The notes under the pieces are model-generated. The model ran no database searches. It was not told the DNA's origin and saw only the letters and a program-made list of their open reading frames with translations. The position numbers and the translations under genes were made by a program. Source: the human T2T-CHM13v2.0 reference genome, Homo sapiens. Taken from it: a DNA stretch of 64,000 nt. Shown in pieces: positions 52,741 to 64,000 of this stretch. Position 1 is the first letter of the stretch. Every line of letters starts with the position of its first letter. Location of the stretch: assembly GCF_009914755.1 (NCBI RefSeq), contig NC_060926.1. One strand, 5' to 3'.

Positions 52741-53269
52741 AAATAAGGATAAATAAGCATTCTTATAAGAGATGTTTGTAGCAGAAAAGAAAACTTAGGG
52801 AACCCACAAACAAAATTAATTTTATGAAGTGTTATCCCTTTTACTTATTCAATAGCTACTTGGAAGTGTTGCCCGAGTTATACTGTTGCAGGTGTGAAAA
52901 AGCACAGCAGGAGAAGCCAAACATATTTGCTCATGGACAATAGTGCTTTGAACAAGAGCACGGCATTTGGGTTAGTGCAAATGAAATGAAAAGGCCTTGG
53001 AATTGGAAGGGAAACTTAACTTTGAATCTCTCATTCATTCAGTTTTCAAACATGAAAGAGGACAACCGTATCTCCTGCAACGAATATGGAATTTTTAAGC
53101 AAAAGTGTGCTAGGTCACAAATTAGAAAGTTAACTTTTCTATCAGCTAACTGTATTATGATATGTACATTAATATATGCATGTAGAATGCATTTTACATG
53201 TATCAAAGCTTACACCCACACTAACATGTATGTGCACAAATGTCCAATGTTACTTATTTGCTGAATATA

Positions 53270-53460
53270 ATTAGAAGAGTGGTTAGGGGCCAGAGTCTGG
53301 GATGATTATCTAAAGTCTTGGCTCTGCCTCTTCTGAACCATTGTGACCATTCTGAGCATGTTTTTTTACTCAAGAAATGCATGTAGAATTATTTGAGTTT
53401 GTTGCAAGAATTAGAGTAGCAATGTGAAGCACTTTATTTTGTACCTGGCTCCTACTATAG
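53270..53460 (+). mobile_element. MIR
   Basis: agtggttaggggccagagtctgg...cttggctctgcctct...tgtgaagcactt. Confidence 0.55.
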
Positions 53461-54433
53461 ATTATTTGATGAGCCCTGGATCAAAACTAACCTAAAAACT
53501 TCACACATCAGCTCAGACAGCTGACCCTATTCAGTCCTTTTGCCCACGGAGCCAGATTCACAACCAATTCACAGCCTATGTGACTTAAATTGAATATGAA
53601 TTTCTTCATTTGCTCATTGTTGTGTTTTCAATATAAATCCCATTTCCATTAATTTGTCAGAGACCAAAGTCTCATCCCATGTAACTCGACTGGGAAATCT
53701 GGGCCGAGCAAAGTTTGGGATTTACTTGGTTTCAGCCCTGCACAAGAGCCCGATGTGCATGATGTGTGGTATGTGACGTTTGGTCCTGCCCCTCAAGGGC
53801 ACCCTGAGGGGGGACCTTCCTGTGTGTCCCAGGATGCCAGCTCCCTTCTGCAGAAGGGGGATTTGAGCTCCCCTGAGGGTATCTGAAACTCTTACTGGGT
53901 GTGCTTCATTAATCTTTTCCTGACTTCCCATGCCTCTGTATGCTGTGCTTAACTTGCTGTGACTGGTGTTGATGGAAACCAAAGAGCAGAGGCAATTTAC
54001 ATCTTGTAAACCATAGAACACTGGACACCCCCCTTATGGCACATCTGGAGAGACTTGCATTATTTAGAGCCTCTATTCTTCCCCACCGTCTCTAAAATCT
54101 TCAAGCATGCAGAGCAGCTGGCTCTTAGACTCGCACCTGATTATATGCTGTCTTTTTATTTTTTAATTGGAGCATGAGAGTCACCCTTTTCTCCCTGCAG
54201 ACTATAAACCTCTCCTGGACAGGCCCAGGGTGTGACATTTATTTCACTGCCTGCTGGCAGCACTAAGGTCAGTGCTACCAGCAACTGGGTTGATGTTGGC
54301 GGCTTAATCAGGCAGAGTTAATACATAAATAAAGCTGTAAGTTTTGAAAAGTTAGATGTGTTAGGTATAGAACTTCTCTAATAACTTCACCAAAAGAAAT
54401 GGCAGATTCCTTAATCTGGGATCTCTCTCACCT

Positions 54434-54910
54434 TATCTTAGGCAGGGTGGCCTCAAAATCAGATGCTGAGACATGAACTTGAGAGCAGGTACTTTCTTTA
54501 GGTGGTAATCCCTAGATGAGGGAGGGGTGAAGGTGACAGAGAAGGGTACAAAGCCAATCAAGGGTGCCTTAATAAGCAGGTTACCATTGAGGATTCCATC
54601 TCTCCGGGGATCCTCTGAAAAATTGCATAGACTGAAACTCAGTATTGTCAGTATTGTCTCACTAAGGAACAAGGCACTGAAATGCACATGTATGGATTTC
54701 CATCTCTTGTTGATTAAGGCTACCTTTGGAGAGGTGAATCTCCTAGCACTCTGGACTGCAAGATCCTGGCTTCAGAGAAGCCCTCAAGCAGAGGACCTGA
54801 GATCTGTGTGTGTTTGGAGTAGGCAGCTCTTTGCATGTTTGAAAAGTCTCCCAGAGTGTAGGTGGACTGACAGGTAAGCTGAGGGCCTATGGAGTGGGAT
54901 AGCAATGGCA
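54434..54910 (-). mobile_element. LTR16A-like solo LTR
   Basis: tcttaggcaggg...agatgctgagaca...aagccaatcaagggtg...aagcaggttacca. Confidence 0.75.
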
Positions 54911-55254
54911 TTTGCCACTCACCATCCCTTTACAAAAGGGGTGGAGAAAGAGTCAATATGCCCAGCAATCCGAGGTGTAAGAAACAGTGAAGAATGTTCT
55001 AAGCTCCATGTAATTCTCAAAATACATATTCCCAGACTTGCATTTTGCACATTTGCAGGTCTCTTCCCAACATGTCAAAGGCAAGTTTACCTTTTTCATT
55101 TTCTGAGCTTCTTCAGTACCTTTGTCTGTTTTGCACCCTCTGTCCTATACACTGGACACTGGTGATATCTGCACTGGCTTGGGTGGAGAGAAGTATCTCT
55201 ATATGAAATGGGCTATTAGAGATCAGTTACCAGATCTCAAACAAGCAGGAAAAA

Positions 55255-55470
55255 CCTAAAGAGACTTTGTAGTTGGATAGTCTAAGAATTCAGTCCAGGT
55301 TGTGCTACTTATTACTGTGTGATCTTGAACCCAGGACTTGTCACTCTTAAACCCTGTTTTCTTCATCTGCAAAATTAGAATTATATTGCAGGAATATTGT
55401 TGGCATCCAATGAAATAGTGAATGTGAAGCAACGTTATTGTGTCTGGTATACAGTAGATGCTCCAAAAAC
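55255..55470 (+). mobile_element. MIR
   Basis: ctgtgtgatcttg...ctgttttcttcatctgcaaaatt...tgtctggtatacagtagatgctc. Confidence 0.7.
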
Positions 55471-55481
55471 CATACCTTTCT

Positions 55482-55507
55482 TCATCATCATCATCATCAT
55501 CATCATC
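55482..55507. repeat. (TCA)n trinucleotide repeat at the MIR tail
   Basis: At least 8 perfect units. Confidence 0.95.
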
Positions 55508-55740
55508 CTTTAGCATTATGCCCTTCGCAGAATAGATCTCAGAAAACAGTTTTGCTGAATCAATTTATTTAATCAAATTCAAATCAATTGGTTTTGCTCA
55601 TGGTTTGAAGATATGGTGAAAGTTGATGGAGTAATTGAAATCCTAAGCAGTAGCAGAGCTGCTGGGTAGAAATTTCAGACCTCCAGGTGATCCTTGTGTT
55701 CCCTCAGAATCATCAGTGAAGTTAGCTGTTGTATAGAGAG

Positions 55741-55953
55741 CAAGCTTGTCCAACCTGTGGTTCATGGGTTTCATGCAGCCCGGGGCAGCTTTGAATGCCA
55801 CCCCAAACAAATTTGTAAACTTTATTAAAATGCTTTGAGATTTTTTGCAATATTTTTTGACTCATTAGCTATAATCAGTGTTAGTGCATTTTATGTGTGG
55901 CCCAAGGCAATTCTTCTGTGAGGCCCAGGGAAGCCAAAAGATTGGACACCCTC
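55741..55953 (-). mobile_element. MER30, full length
   Basis: caagcttgtccaacc...ttttatgtgtggcccaagg...gggaagccaaaagattggacaccc; TSD-like gtatagag/atatagag. Confidence 0.92.
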
Positions 55954-56479
55954 ATATAGAGGCTGAAGCCCTTTGTTCTGGTGTTGACACAGCTTCCTTG
56001 TGGTCCTAGCCTCTCTCAAACAAAATGGGAGACAGTTGGAGAACAGGAAGTCATTGGAGAACGCTAAAGATCTATCACGTAATACGAAAGATAATAATTA
56101 CAATATTTTGACTGCTTATTCTCTACTAAAAATTGTGCCGGTACTTTAAATACACAATTTAATAGTTAAAACAGACTTGTGAGGTGGGGACTCCATTTAA
56201 GAATGGCTTGGAGGGTTTGGGCTTATCCGGGCCACTCAGTCACTTAGTAGGGCAAGAGTGCATTTGAGCCATATCTTAATATGACCAGAAGCCCAATACA
56301 CTTGGCCACTACTCAAATGGGAAAATGGAGAATACACAAAACCTCTTTGGATACAGTCAAAGAAATTGATTGGTATACTTGTCTTTTCTCTCAGAAAGTT
56401 AGTCTTGTGCTGAAAACCTGGACCAAAATTCAGGAGATGTGTCCTGAATCCCTTTCTACCAGCCAGCTGCATGACAATG

Positions 56480-56850
56480 CATAGGATAAAATGGTGGTTA
56501 GGAGCAGAGACTCTGGCATGAGACTGGGCTTGAAGGAAGCAACCTCTGCTTCTGTGTAGCTGTGTTACATGAGAAAGGAGCCCCATTTATGACATAATTT
56601 TTTTTCCACTAGAATTATTTTCCATGAAGCCAGAGAGTTTTCTGTTTTGCTCAGTGCTGTACCTGAAGAACTTTGAATAATGCCTGATATGTAGTGAACA
56701 CTCAAAACCTTTACTCGATGAATGGGCATATCATTTTCAAGTCTCTGGGCCTCTGCAGGCTCATCTGTAATTTGGAAATAGTACCACACGGCTTACAGAG
56801 TTCATTCACAACGTTGCTGTAATGGCCAGATAAGCCGCTGGTTCTCTAAA
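56480..56850 (+). mobile_element. MIR / L2 3' end / MIR cluster
   Basis: gtggttaggagcagagactctgg; ttccatgaagccagagag...gcctgatatgtag; ctctgggcctc...ctcatctgtaa. Confidence 0.55.
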
Positions 56851-57329
56851 GCCCTTTAGAAAGGTCTCAGGGGCCAGATCAATGGGAAACTCTGCAACCT
56901 TTGAGTAGTTTTCAGTAGAAGGGTAGCCCAGGAGAGAAAGTGTTAATAAGAATGTCCTGAGGGTACAGATGGTGCTTATGAAGAAAAATCCTATTTTTCC
57001 ATTTGCAGAAATGATTAGCTAGGATCCTACTGAGTTCACTGCATGGGCCACTGCTAGTTTTAATTTGTACCAATAGGATGGAGGGATGGACTTTAATGAG
57101 GATCTGTGTTTTCTAATCATGGGCAATGTTCGAGGAAGTGGAAGAGGGGGCAGGGAGGGTGGCAGATAATTGGGAGATTCAGAAGATGGGGCTGTTTCTT
57201 GGGGATGGATGGATGCTTTGCTACCTTCCAAAGCTAGAATCCTATTGTAGTGATTCTCACCTGGCTGAAGATGGGGGTGGGGAAATCATCATTATGCACA
57301 GAAACAGGTAGCATGAATATTCCAAGTAC

Positions 57330-57510
57330 ATGCTCCATGATGAGACATCTGGGTTTGCCACTTTACCATGTGAGCTTTTAGGTTCTGTTTCCTTATTTGC
57401 CAAATATGGAAGACAATTATATTTATATCATAAAATTATTGTAGTAAGTATGATAATAAAAATAAAGGACTAAGAATAATGCCTTGCATGTATAAAGTTT
57501 TCAATAAATT
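57330..57510 (+). mobile_element. MIR
   Basis: acatctgggttt...ctgtttccttatttgccaaa...tcaataaat. Confidence 0.55.
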
Positions 57511-58329
57511 TCTGTAACTTAAGTTTGTGAAATTATTTTAGTTATAAATGCCCACCCATCTGGAGAAAATAGCACAGTATCCCCTAACCCTAGAAAGTCA
57601 CTTCTTTCAATATAGCAACACCCATTCCTTGAATGTCCCTTTCTCATGGAAGAAAATGGGGTATGTGTACTGTGATAAAAGACTACTGAGTGATTTTGTT
57701 GTTATTCTCCATCTTTAATATCAGTTAAGAATCATTCCATGTTAACAGTGGAGAGGTCTGTGATGAGTGCATTGCTGGAGCGGTAGCAATACATAGATTC
57801 AAACCATCAAGGAGAATTTCCTGCAGAAGTGATTTGAATTTAAGCAATGGTCTTAAACTCTCCCATCCAACATTTATCTACATACGTATGTGGGGTTCAC
57901 ACAGTGGCTCTACGTGCTGGAGTAGCCCATGTGTTCTTTTCCTGTGAATTTCAGAAGTAAATATTTGCAACCTGAAGACAATAGTGATCATTTTCCTAAG
58001 AGCTACAAAACACAACGAGATTTTGCCCTACTCCAGTGGAACTCAAATGCAAGACCGAGATTGCCTTTAATTGGTTGGCTTGTATGAGAATCTGATGACT
58101 GTTTTGGGCAATGAGAGCAGAGGAGAAAAAGTAAAAGGATTCTTCTGGAGTAAGTGTATCTGTTTTGAGGAGCAAGAATAGTCTATGTATTTCCTACAAT
58201 TTTATGAATTTTTAATACATGACTTCATTTAGGAGGGAATCGATAGGCTCACCTGAGTCTGAGATCCAGATGGTTCAAGGATTACTGACTTAAAAATCAA
58301 GCAAAATATTTTCCTATTTTCTTTCAACT

Positions 58330-58560
58330 AGCATAGAGATTGGAAAATGAAATATTCCCTTCCTTTAATGAGATCCTTGTCTAGAAGGGGAGAAAGACAT
58401 ATCAAACAAATAATCACAACATAAGTAAAATAAATGCTATGGGGGCACAGAGTCCCTGGAAAATCAGAGGAGGATTTAGGACATTTGAACAGAATGGGAA
58501 GGTTTTTTTCTGGACAGGAGAAAATTCCCAAAGGTATTCTGCAGGTGAAACCATGGAGCA
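58330..58560 (-). mobile_element. L2 fragment
   Basis: tctagaaggggagaaagac...taaatgctatgggggcacagag. Confidence 0.55.
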
Positions 58561-61500
58561 TGGTGGTTCCCTGACTCTGTCATGATCGCTGGACAGCCAA
58601 CAGCCCCCTACAGCCTAGTCATCTGTATGCCTCAGCTCAGGAGCTATATACTTTATTCTAAGCCACCTCAGGGAAATGTCCCCCCATCAGCCTCACTCAG
58701 CAGGTTTTATCCTTCAGGTTTCTGAGTCTTCCTCTGAGGACACTTCAGTTCATTTGCTCTGGAGACAGGAGTGAAAAGAAAATATAAAACAATCCTCTAA
58801 AACATATCCAGGAAACATATTGTTGTGCAAGCTAATTAGCTTTTGAAAAAGCAGTGCTCTAATCAAGATTTCTATATACCGTGCATAGCCTAATTATAGA
58901 GACAGTAATACCCTGGATTTACAAAAAGCCTTTCAATATCTATCTCTGCAATTATTTCAATTATTCACCAAATATCCTTAGGAAAAAAAAGAGGTAGATG
59001 AAAAAGCTGAGTTTTGCAGGGGACAGTGCAGCATACATTATTTTCATGGTTGGAGCTACAGTCTTGATACTATTCCATCCTCAGGGTCTGAAGCCCTGGT
59101 TACAAAGAAAAAGAAAACAATGATAATACTAGAGATTATGCTACAATTGATTATTTTTTGTTGCTGACTAAAAGATTCCAGGTCATGGTCTTGCTCATGC
59201 TTATCTCTCAATTATTTTCTAAATGAATAAATTAATAAACAATTTAATAAATCAATGAATCATATGGACCCAGATTTTGACAGAAAAAGCCCATACAAAA
59301 GTAGTGGTCTAGAAGTGCAGACCACATATGTCAGATATGAATCAATCACAAAATGGTTAATGTTCAAACTGGCTGACATGATAGTTTAGAAAAGTCTCCT
59401 TGGAAGAGAAGGAGCTCAAAGACCGTATCAGGAAAAACAAGTGGGAAATTGCTTTACTTGTTTAAAGCCATAAAGAAAAAATGGGAGCAGTGAGTATGAG
59501 ATAATGAAGGAAAATTGTCAAGCACATAGTAGGCACTTAGTAAATAACACAGAGGCTTAGACATGTCTTAGCTATGTCTTTTGTAAAATGACACCAATGC
59601 AATTATTTTGTCTTTAGAGTATGGAGTCTCAGTAGCTTCCAGGAGAGTTCAAAGGGATCCATGTTTCCTGAAGTGTCTCCTCCAGCTTGCACTCAGCAGG
59701 TTATGCAGTAGTTTCTTTCATGATTTTCATTTCTGCCATATTTATGACTTTGAGGTGACTTAGTCTTTAGTTAAACATGGCACATAGGAATACGGCTCTT
59801 CATTTTCTGATTTCAATCAAAGCCCTTGCTGTCAAGAAGACTTCTCTTGGTTTTATACTATTAAGCCCACCCCTTTTATTTTTCTTTCAGAGACGACATC
59901 ACATGGGGGTATGTGGGTAGGTGAGGACAGATACTCGGATTGAATACTAAGCTAGGTAGCAGAGTCAAGTCAGCAAAACAGAACAGATATGGTAGTTGAA
60001 GCTTCAAGATTTGCCCAAGGACAGCCACAAGGATCAGGCAAGGATCAGCCACAAACAGGACCGAGTTCCTGCATTCTTCATGATTTATGTTGGTGGATAT
60101 AGACCTGAAAATGCACACTGACCGCCAAGTATGGCATATGCTTCAGTGAAGGAGAATTGCTCCATATTGGGACAGATAGAGACAGCCAGTTCCTCTGGAG
60201 AGTCTAACAAACATCCTAGAAATTATAGGTAACAGGATACAGAATATAATGTGTCAGGAAGACCAGTTATGGAATGACTGTCTTTATATGTGAGCACCTG
60301 TTCTCTATAATACTGCAATACAAATATTATTTTTCCTGCCAAATAATCTCACAACAGCCTATTTTTCACATTGAGTATGTATATCCTAGTTACATTCCTA
60401 CATTCTCTGTCTGCAAAGTATTATTTTCAACTTAAACAAAAAGTAATGTATCCTTTCATAGTATCTATCCAAAATAAGTTAAAGACAAATGAAGGCTATG
60501 ACACAGATGAAAAATTACCAGGAAACTTCAATAGAGATACTCTGTTATAGAACGAAAATGCCAGCAGAGAAAACTGTTCATACATAGAGTGATTCTGAGA
60601 ATGATTGATGGATCAGTTTCCAAGATATTTGGGACTCTGCAAACTGTTCAGAAAATAAATTGTAAATGAGTACAATTTTATGGATTTGGAGCTTCCAAAG
60701 TAAGTTTTGATTTTGACTGTTCGTTAACGCCAAGAAATAAAATTTTAAATTGGAAACAATTCACAAAGATTTTCCTCCAATTATACTCATAGTAATTTAT
60801 TTTGCTGTATTAGATAGATACATCCCTGGTAAGTTTGTTCTGTGACATTTGACTTAAGGCAAGTGATGCAAGGTAATCGTGGGCAGAAAGGCTGCCAAAG
60901 AGAGAAGTAATGTGATCAATAGGCTTCTTTTGTTGTTGGCAAACACTGTCGGGATGATCAGCGTCAGAGCTTGGAGCCAGAGAAAGCTAATAAGATGAGT
61001 GGCATGTTTCCCGCAATATGCTCCAAGTATTTATGTGCTGTTCAAAGCAAGATCTGTAAACACAATGAGGACAAAGAGAATACAACATTATTGATGATAT
61101 CCTCCTGATTTATGTTTACAGCATCTGTGGATAATAACTCCATTTGTCAGGGAGACCCTCATGAATACTAATTTGGGGTGGCAATTCAACCATGACCAGA
61201 CTGGCTTTAGGTAATGCTCTTTCACTCTTATGTGGTTTGCTGGGAATGTAGTACTTGGAGTGTCCTTAATCTCTCTCTCTTTTTTTTTAAAGGCACACTG
61301 GATTCAGGAGATTTGAGGTATAGTAATTTTTCAGAAGTTCACAGGTGTTTGCAAGATCACATTTAATAAAATAGAGGATGTGCAGTATTTTTGAAATCAA
61401 ATCTGTGTTTCTGAAAGAGATTCTGAGTTTAATTCTAATGTCTCTGAGTACCAAAGAGAAGCTTAACTCCAACCTCTACTTTGGATGAAATATGACAAAA

Positions 61501-63577
61501 GAGCAAAGTCCTTAAACTTATTTTCTTTAAAGCATAAATACATGATCTTGTTTTCTCCTAATGTTTGCTAAAATACATTTGTTAGGCTGTTAGAGACAAT
61601 GTCTTAGATCTCAGGAAGGTACACACTGTAAAGATAGGGAATGGAACTAACAGGTCATTAGAAGGGGTGAAACGGATCATTTTCTTTACTGCCTGTGAAT
61701 CTGCCAGAAGATATCCATTCTCTTTGAGAATCTTAGCCAAAATTTAAGCAACCTAATATACTAACTGTGGTTCTGAAAATTCCCTTATATTTCAAGATTC
61801 TCAATCCATATTAGAAAGAAATTGTTCTATAGAGTGTGCTATTTTCACTAAAAACTTATCATTTTTTTGGTCCATGCATAAGTACACTGCCTCCTGCCAA
61901 TCCTACCTGCCAGAGATGGTCCCCTCTGCACATGCCCTTGCCCTGTTACTTGACGCATGCTTATGAAAGTAAAGCACACTGATCTTGTTGTAGAAGGAGA
62001 AAAGGCAAAATAAGGTAGGAATTCAGACCACAGGGAGGCCATTCTAGAGGCATCAGCCAAGGAGTAAGTCAGCATTCCAGGTACACTGGCCTGCTGGGCA
62101 CTTAAGTTGCTCTCTGTTCACTGAAGAAATAGATTGCTTTTGTTTCTCCTTTAAGCTTGCTCAATAGAGTTATTTTTACTACTAATATAGAGGATATTTA
62201 TAAACGCTGCTCTTATTCATGCATTTTATATGACTGATTTTTCTCAGGTGGGATTTCCACCAGCACTCTTTAGAAAAATGCTACCCAAAACACTCACAGG
62301 TTTTCACGTTTATTCAAGTTACTATATTACACTTATTGACCTACTGTACCTTTCTCTCTGGCTCCCCTGCTCAGTTTCTAGGAGAATCCTACACAACCTT
62401 AAGTGCTCTGTATTCTTGCTCATATCTTTCTATAAGGAAATTCACTGATAAGACAGAATGGGAGGGTCCAAGTGTGAACATTATCTGTGAGGTTTTCTAG
62501 TCTCTTGACCAAGTTTTCAAATTCTAAGCCCCATGAACCAAAATACATTCTTATAATAGTTACAGAAATCCAGGCCCAAGTAAGATTATTTTAAATTTCA
62601 AATTACACTGGAGAACGCCAGTATCACCCACCCCATCCAGGCCTGAGTTAGAACTGAGTTAGTTCTGAAAGCTGCTTCTTATTGCATCTCCACAGGAAAT
62701 AATTATGCTCAGAAAACATAAGGAATTTTTCATAATACTGGGTTGAGTGATCTTGAATCAAACTGAGATATGTCATTTCTCATCTGCTAAAGAAATGGCT
62801 TTGGATAATAATGGATAAGATATCTCAAGTACCTTGGCTGGAAAAGGAAAGCAAATTACATATTTTCTGAAGAAGGAAATCTTATTAGCTCTATTATGTA
62901 AAGGCTTATTCATTTTCTTGTGACTTCCTCTATAACATTGCTCCTTCTTCCTTCTAGTCCATCTTAAGAACACCTGTTGAGTCCAGAATTGTTAAGCACT
63001 TACTTTTTCATCCCAGCTTCAGTCCTTGATTTATCCAGTTGGTTGGTTGGTGGCTGTGACTTCCTCACAGCTGCTGCAACTGTTGCTACCACAATAGAAC
63101 ACGTTCTACCAACAGCTAAACTCCAGGGAGGTAGAGATGTTAACTCAAAATGGTTTAAATGTCCACAATTGCTAATGTCTCATAGAACAACTCTATTCCA
63201 ATTTCAGGACTAACAACAGTCCTGTTCTCTTCTTCTCCTGACCCTAAATTATATTGTAATTGAGTCAAAATCCCAGAGACTTGGATAGTACATTGAGAAG
63301 AGAAAAATGACGATAGCTCTGGCACTTTGTTGAACTTTATAGACTTTATCTGACCCTGACTGAGTAAAAAGATGACATATTACTGTCTTCCTGGGGCTGG
63401 TGTTAAGTCAGGTGTGGAAATAGCAATAGAAATATGATCTGTCTTCCCTCCAACAGTTTCTGAGCTGGGAATGGGCCCCTGAAACCTAACTCTATATTCA
63501 TCATCTCAACCTTCTCGTTAAAAACATGTATTACGCTGAGAAAGTTGAATGGTCCACAGGTTACTCATAACTTCCCA

Positions 63578-63700
63578 TTTTAGAGATTGAAAAGACCTCA
63601 GGGGTCTAGTCCAACCTCCCACCAAGAATAGGAATCCCTTTTACAGGATTTATGATCAAAAATGTTCAAGTCTCTGAGAATGTCCAGTGGCAGACCAAAT
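63578..63700 (-). mobile_element. L3/CR1-like 3' fragment
   Basis: tttagagattgaaaagacctc...ctagtccaacctccc...ggaatcccttttacag...tccagtg. Confidence 0.45.
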
Positions 63701-64000
63701 TTCCTTAAAAATCAGCCATACTCCAAAAAGATTTCAGAACACTGCTTTCTTCCAAACATCAGTTTCAAGCCACTGCAATAACGAATGGGAGTTTGGTTTG
63801 TAAAGGGATAAAATATCAGTTGTTAGGAGGTGTGTGGGGCAATACTTATTGGATAGATATTTTAAAGTGATCTGGAGGTTTTCCCAGTACACTGACTTTT
63901 TGGAGATTGGTGAGGATTCCAGAGGACCCTAAAGAAGGACATGAGGTGTGGATTGAGGAGCAAAAACAACCCCAAAAAACAAAATAAAAATATTGTTTTT

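Noticed and set aside
55256-55516. ORF with poly-Asp (MLKDDDDDDDDEE)
   Set aside because: Antisense reading of the (TCA)n repeat and a MIR.
40349-55953. Inverted MER30 pair as a composite transposon
   Set aside because: Each copy is complete with its own TSD-like flanks; independent insertions.

Overview
AT-rich, CpG-poor, non-coding simian-primate DNA, most likely human (AluY, AluS, THE1, MER85). It looks intergenic or deep-intronic. I find no intact protein-coding gene, RNA gene, CpG island or CRISPR array; the ORF track is explained by repeats and chance. Much of the window is interspersed repeats. The main structure is a ~12 kb nested complex at 8.66-21.0 kb: an ancient minus-strand ERV-L provirus (MLT2F-like 3' LTR, PPT, dUTPase, integrase, RT, protease, gag). 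It is interrupted by a MER21 LTR, a MIR and a near-full-length L1MB, which itself carries two L1PA 3' ends. The most unusual signal is inside the ERV-L LTR: ~145 bp that translates to a degraded but collinear copy of apolipoprotein A-IV (APOA4) coding sequence, i.e. host sequence captured in a retroviral LTR. Also present are a full-length piggyBac MITE (MER85) with its CSB-PGBD3 palindrome and several repeat-free, motif-rich candidate enhancers. Subfamily names and the APOA4 comparison rest on recalled sequences, not searches; boundaries of old repeats are approximate.
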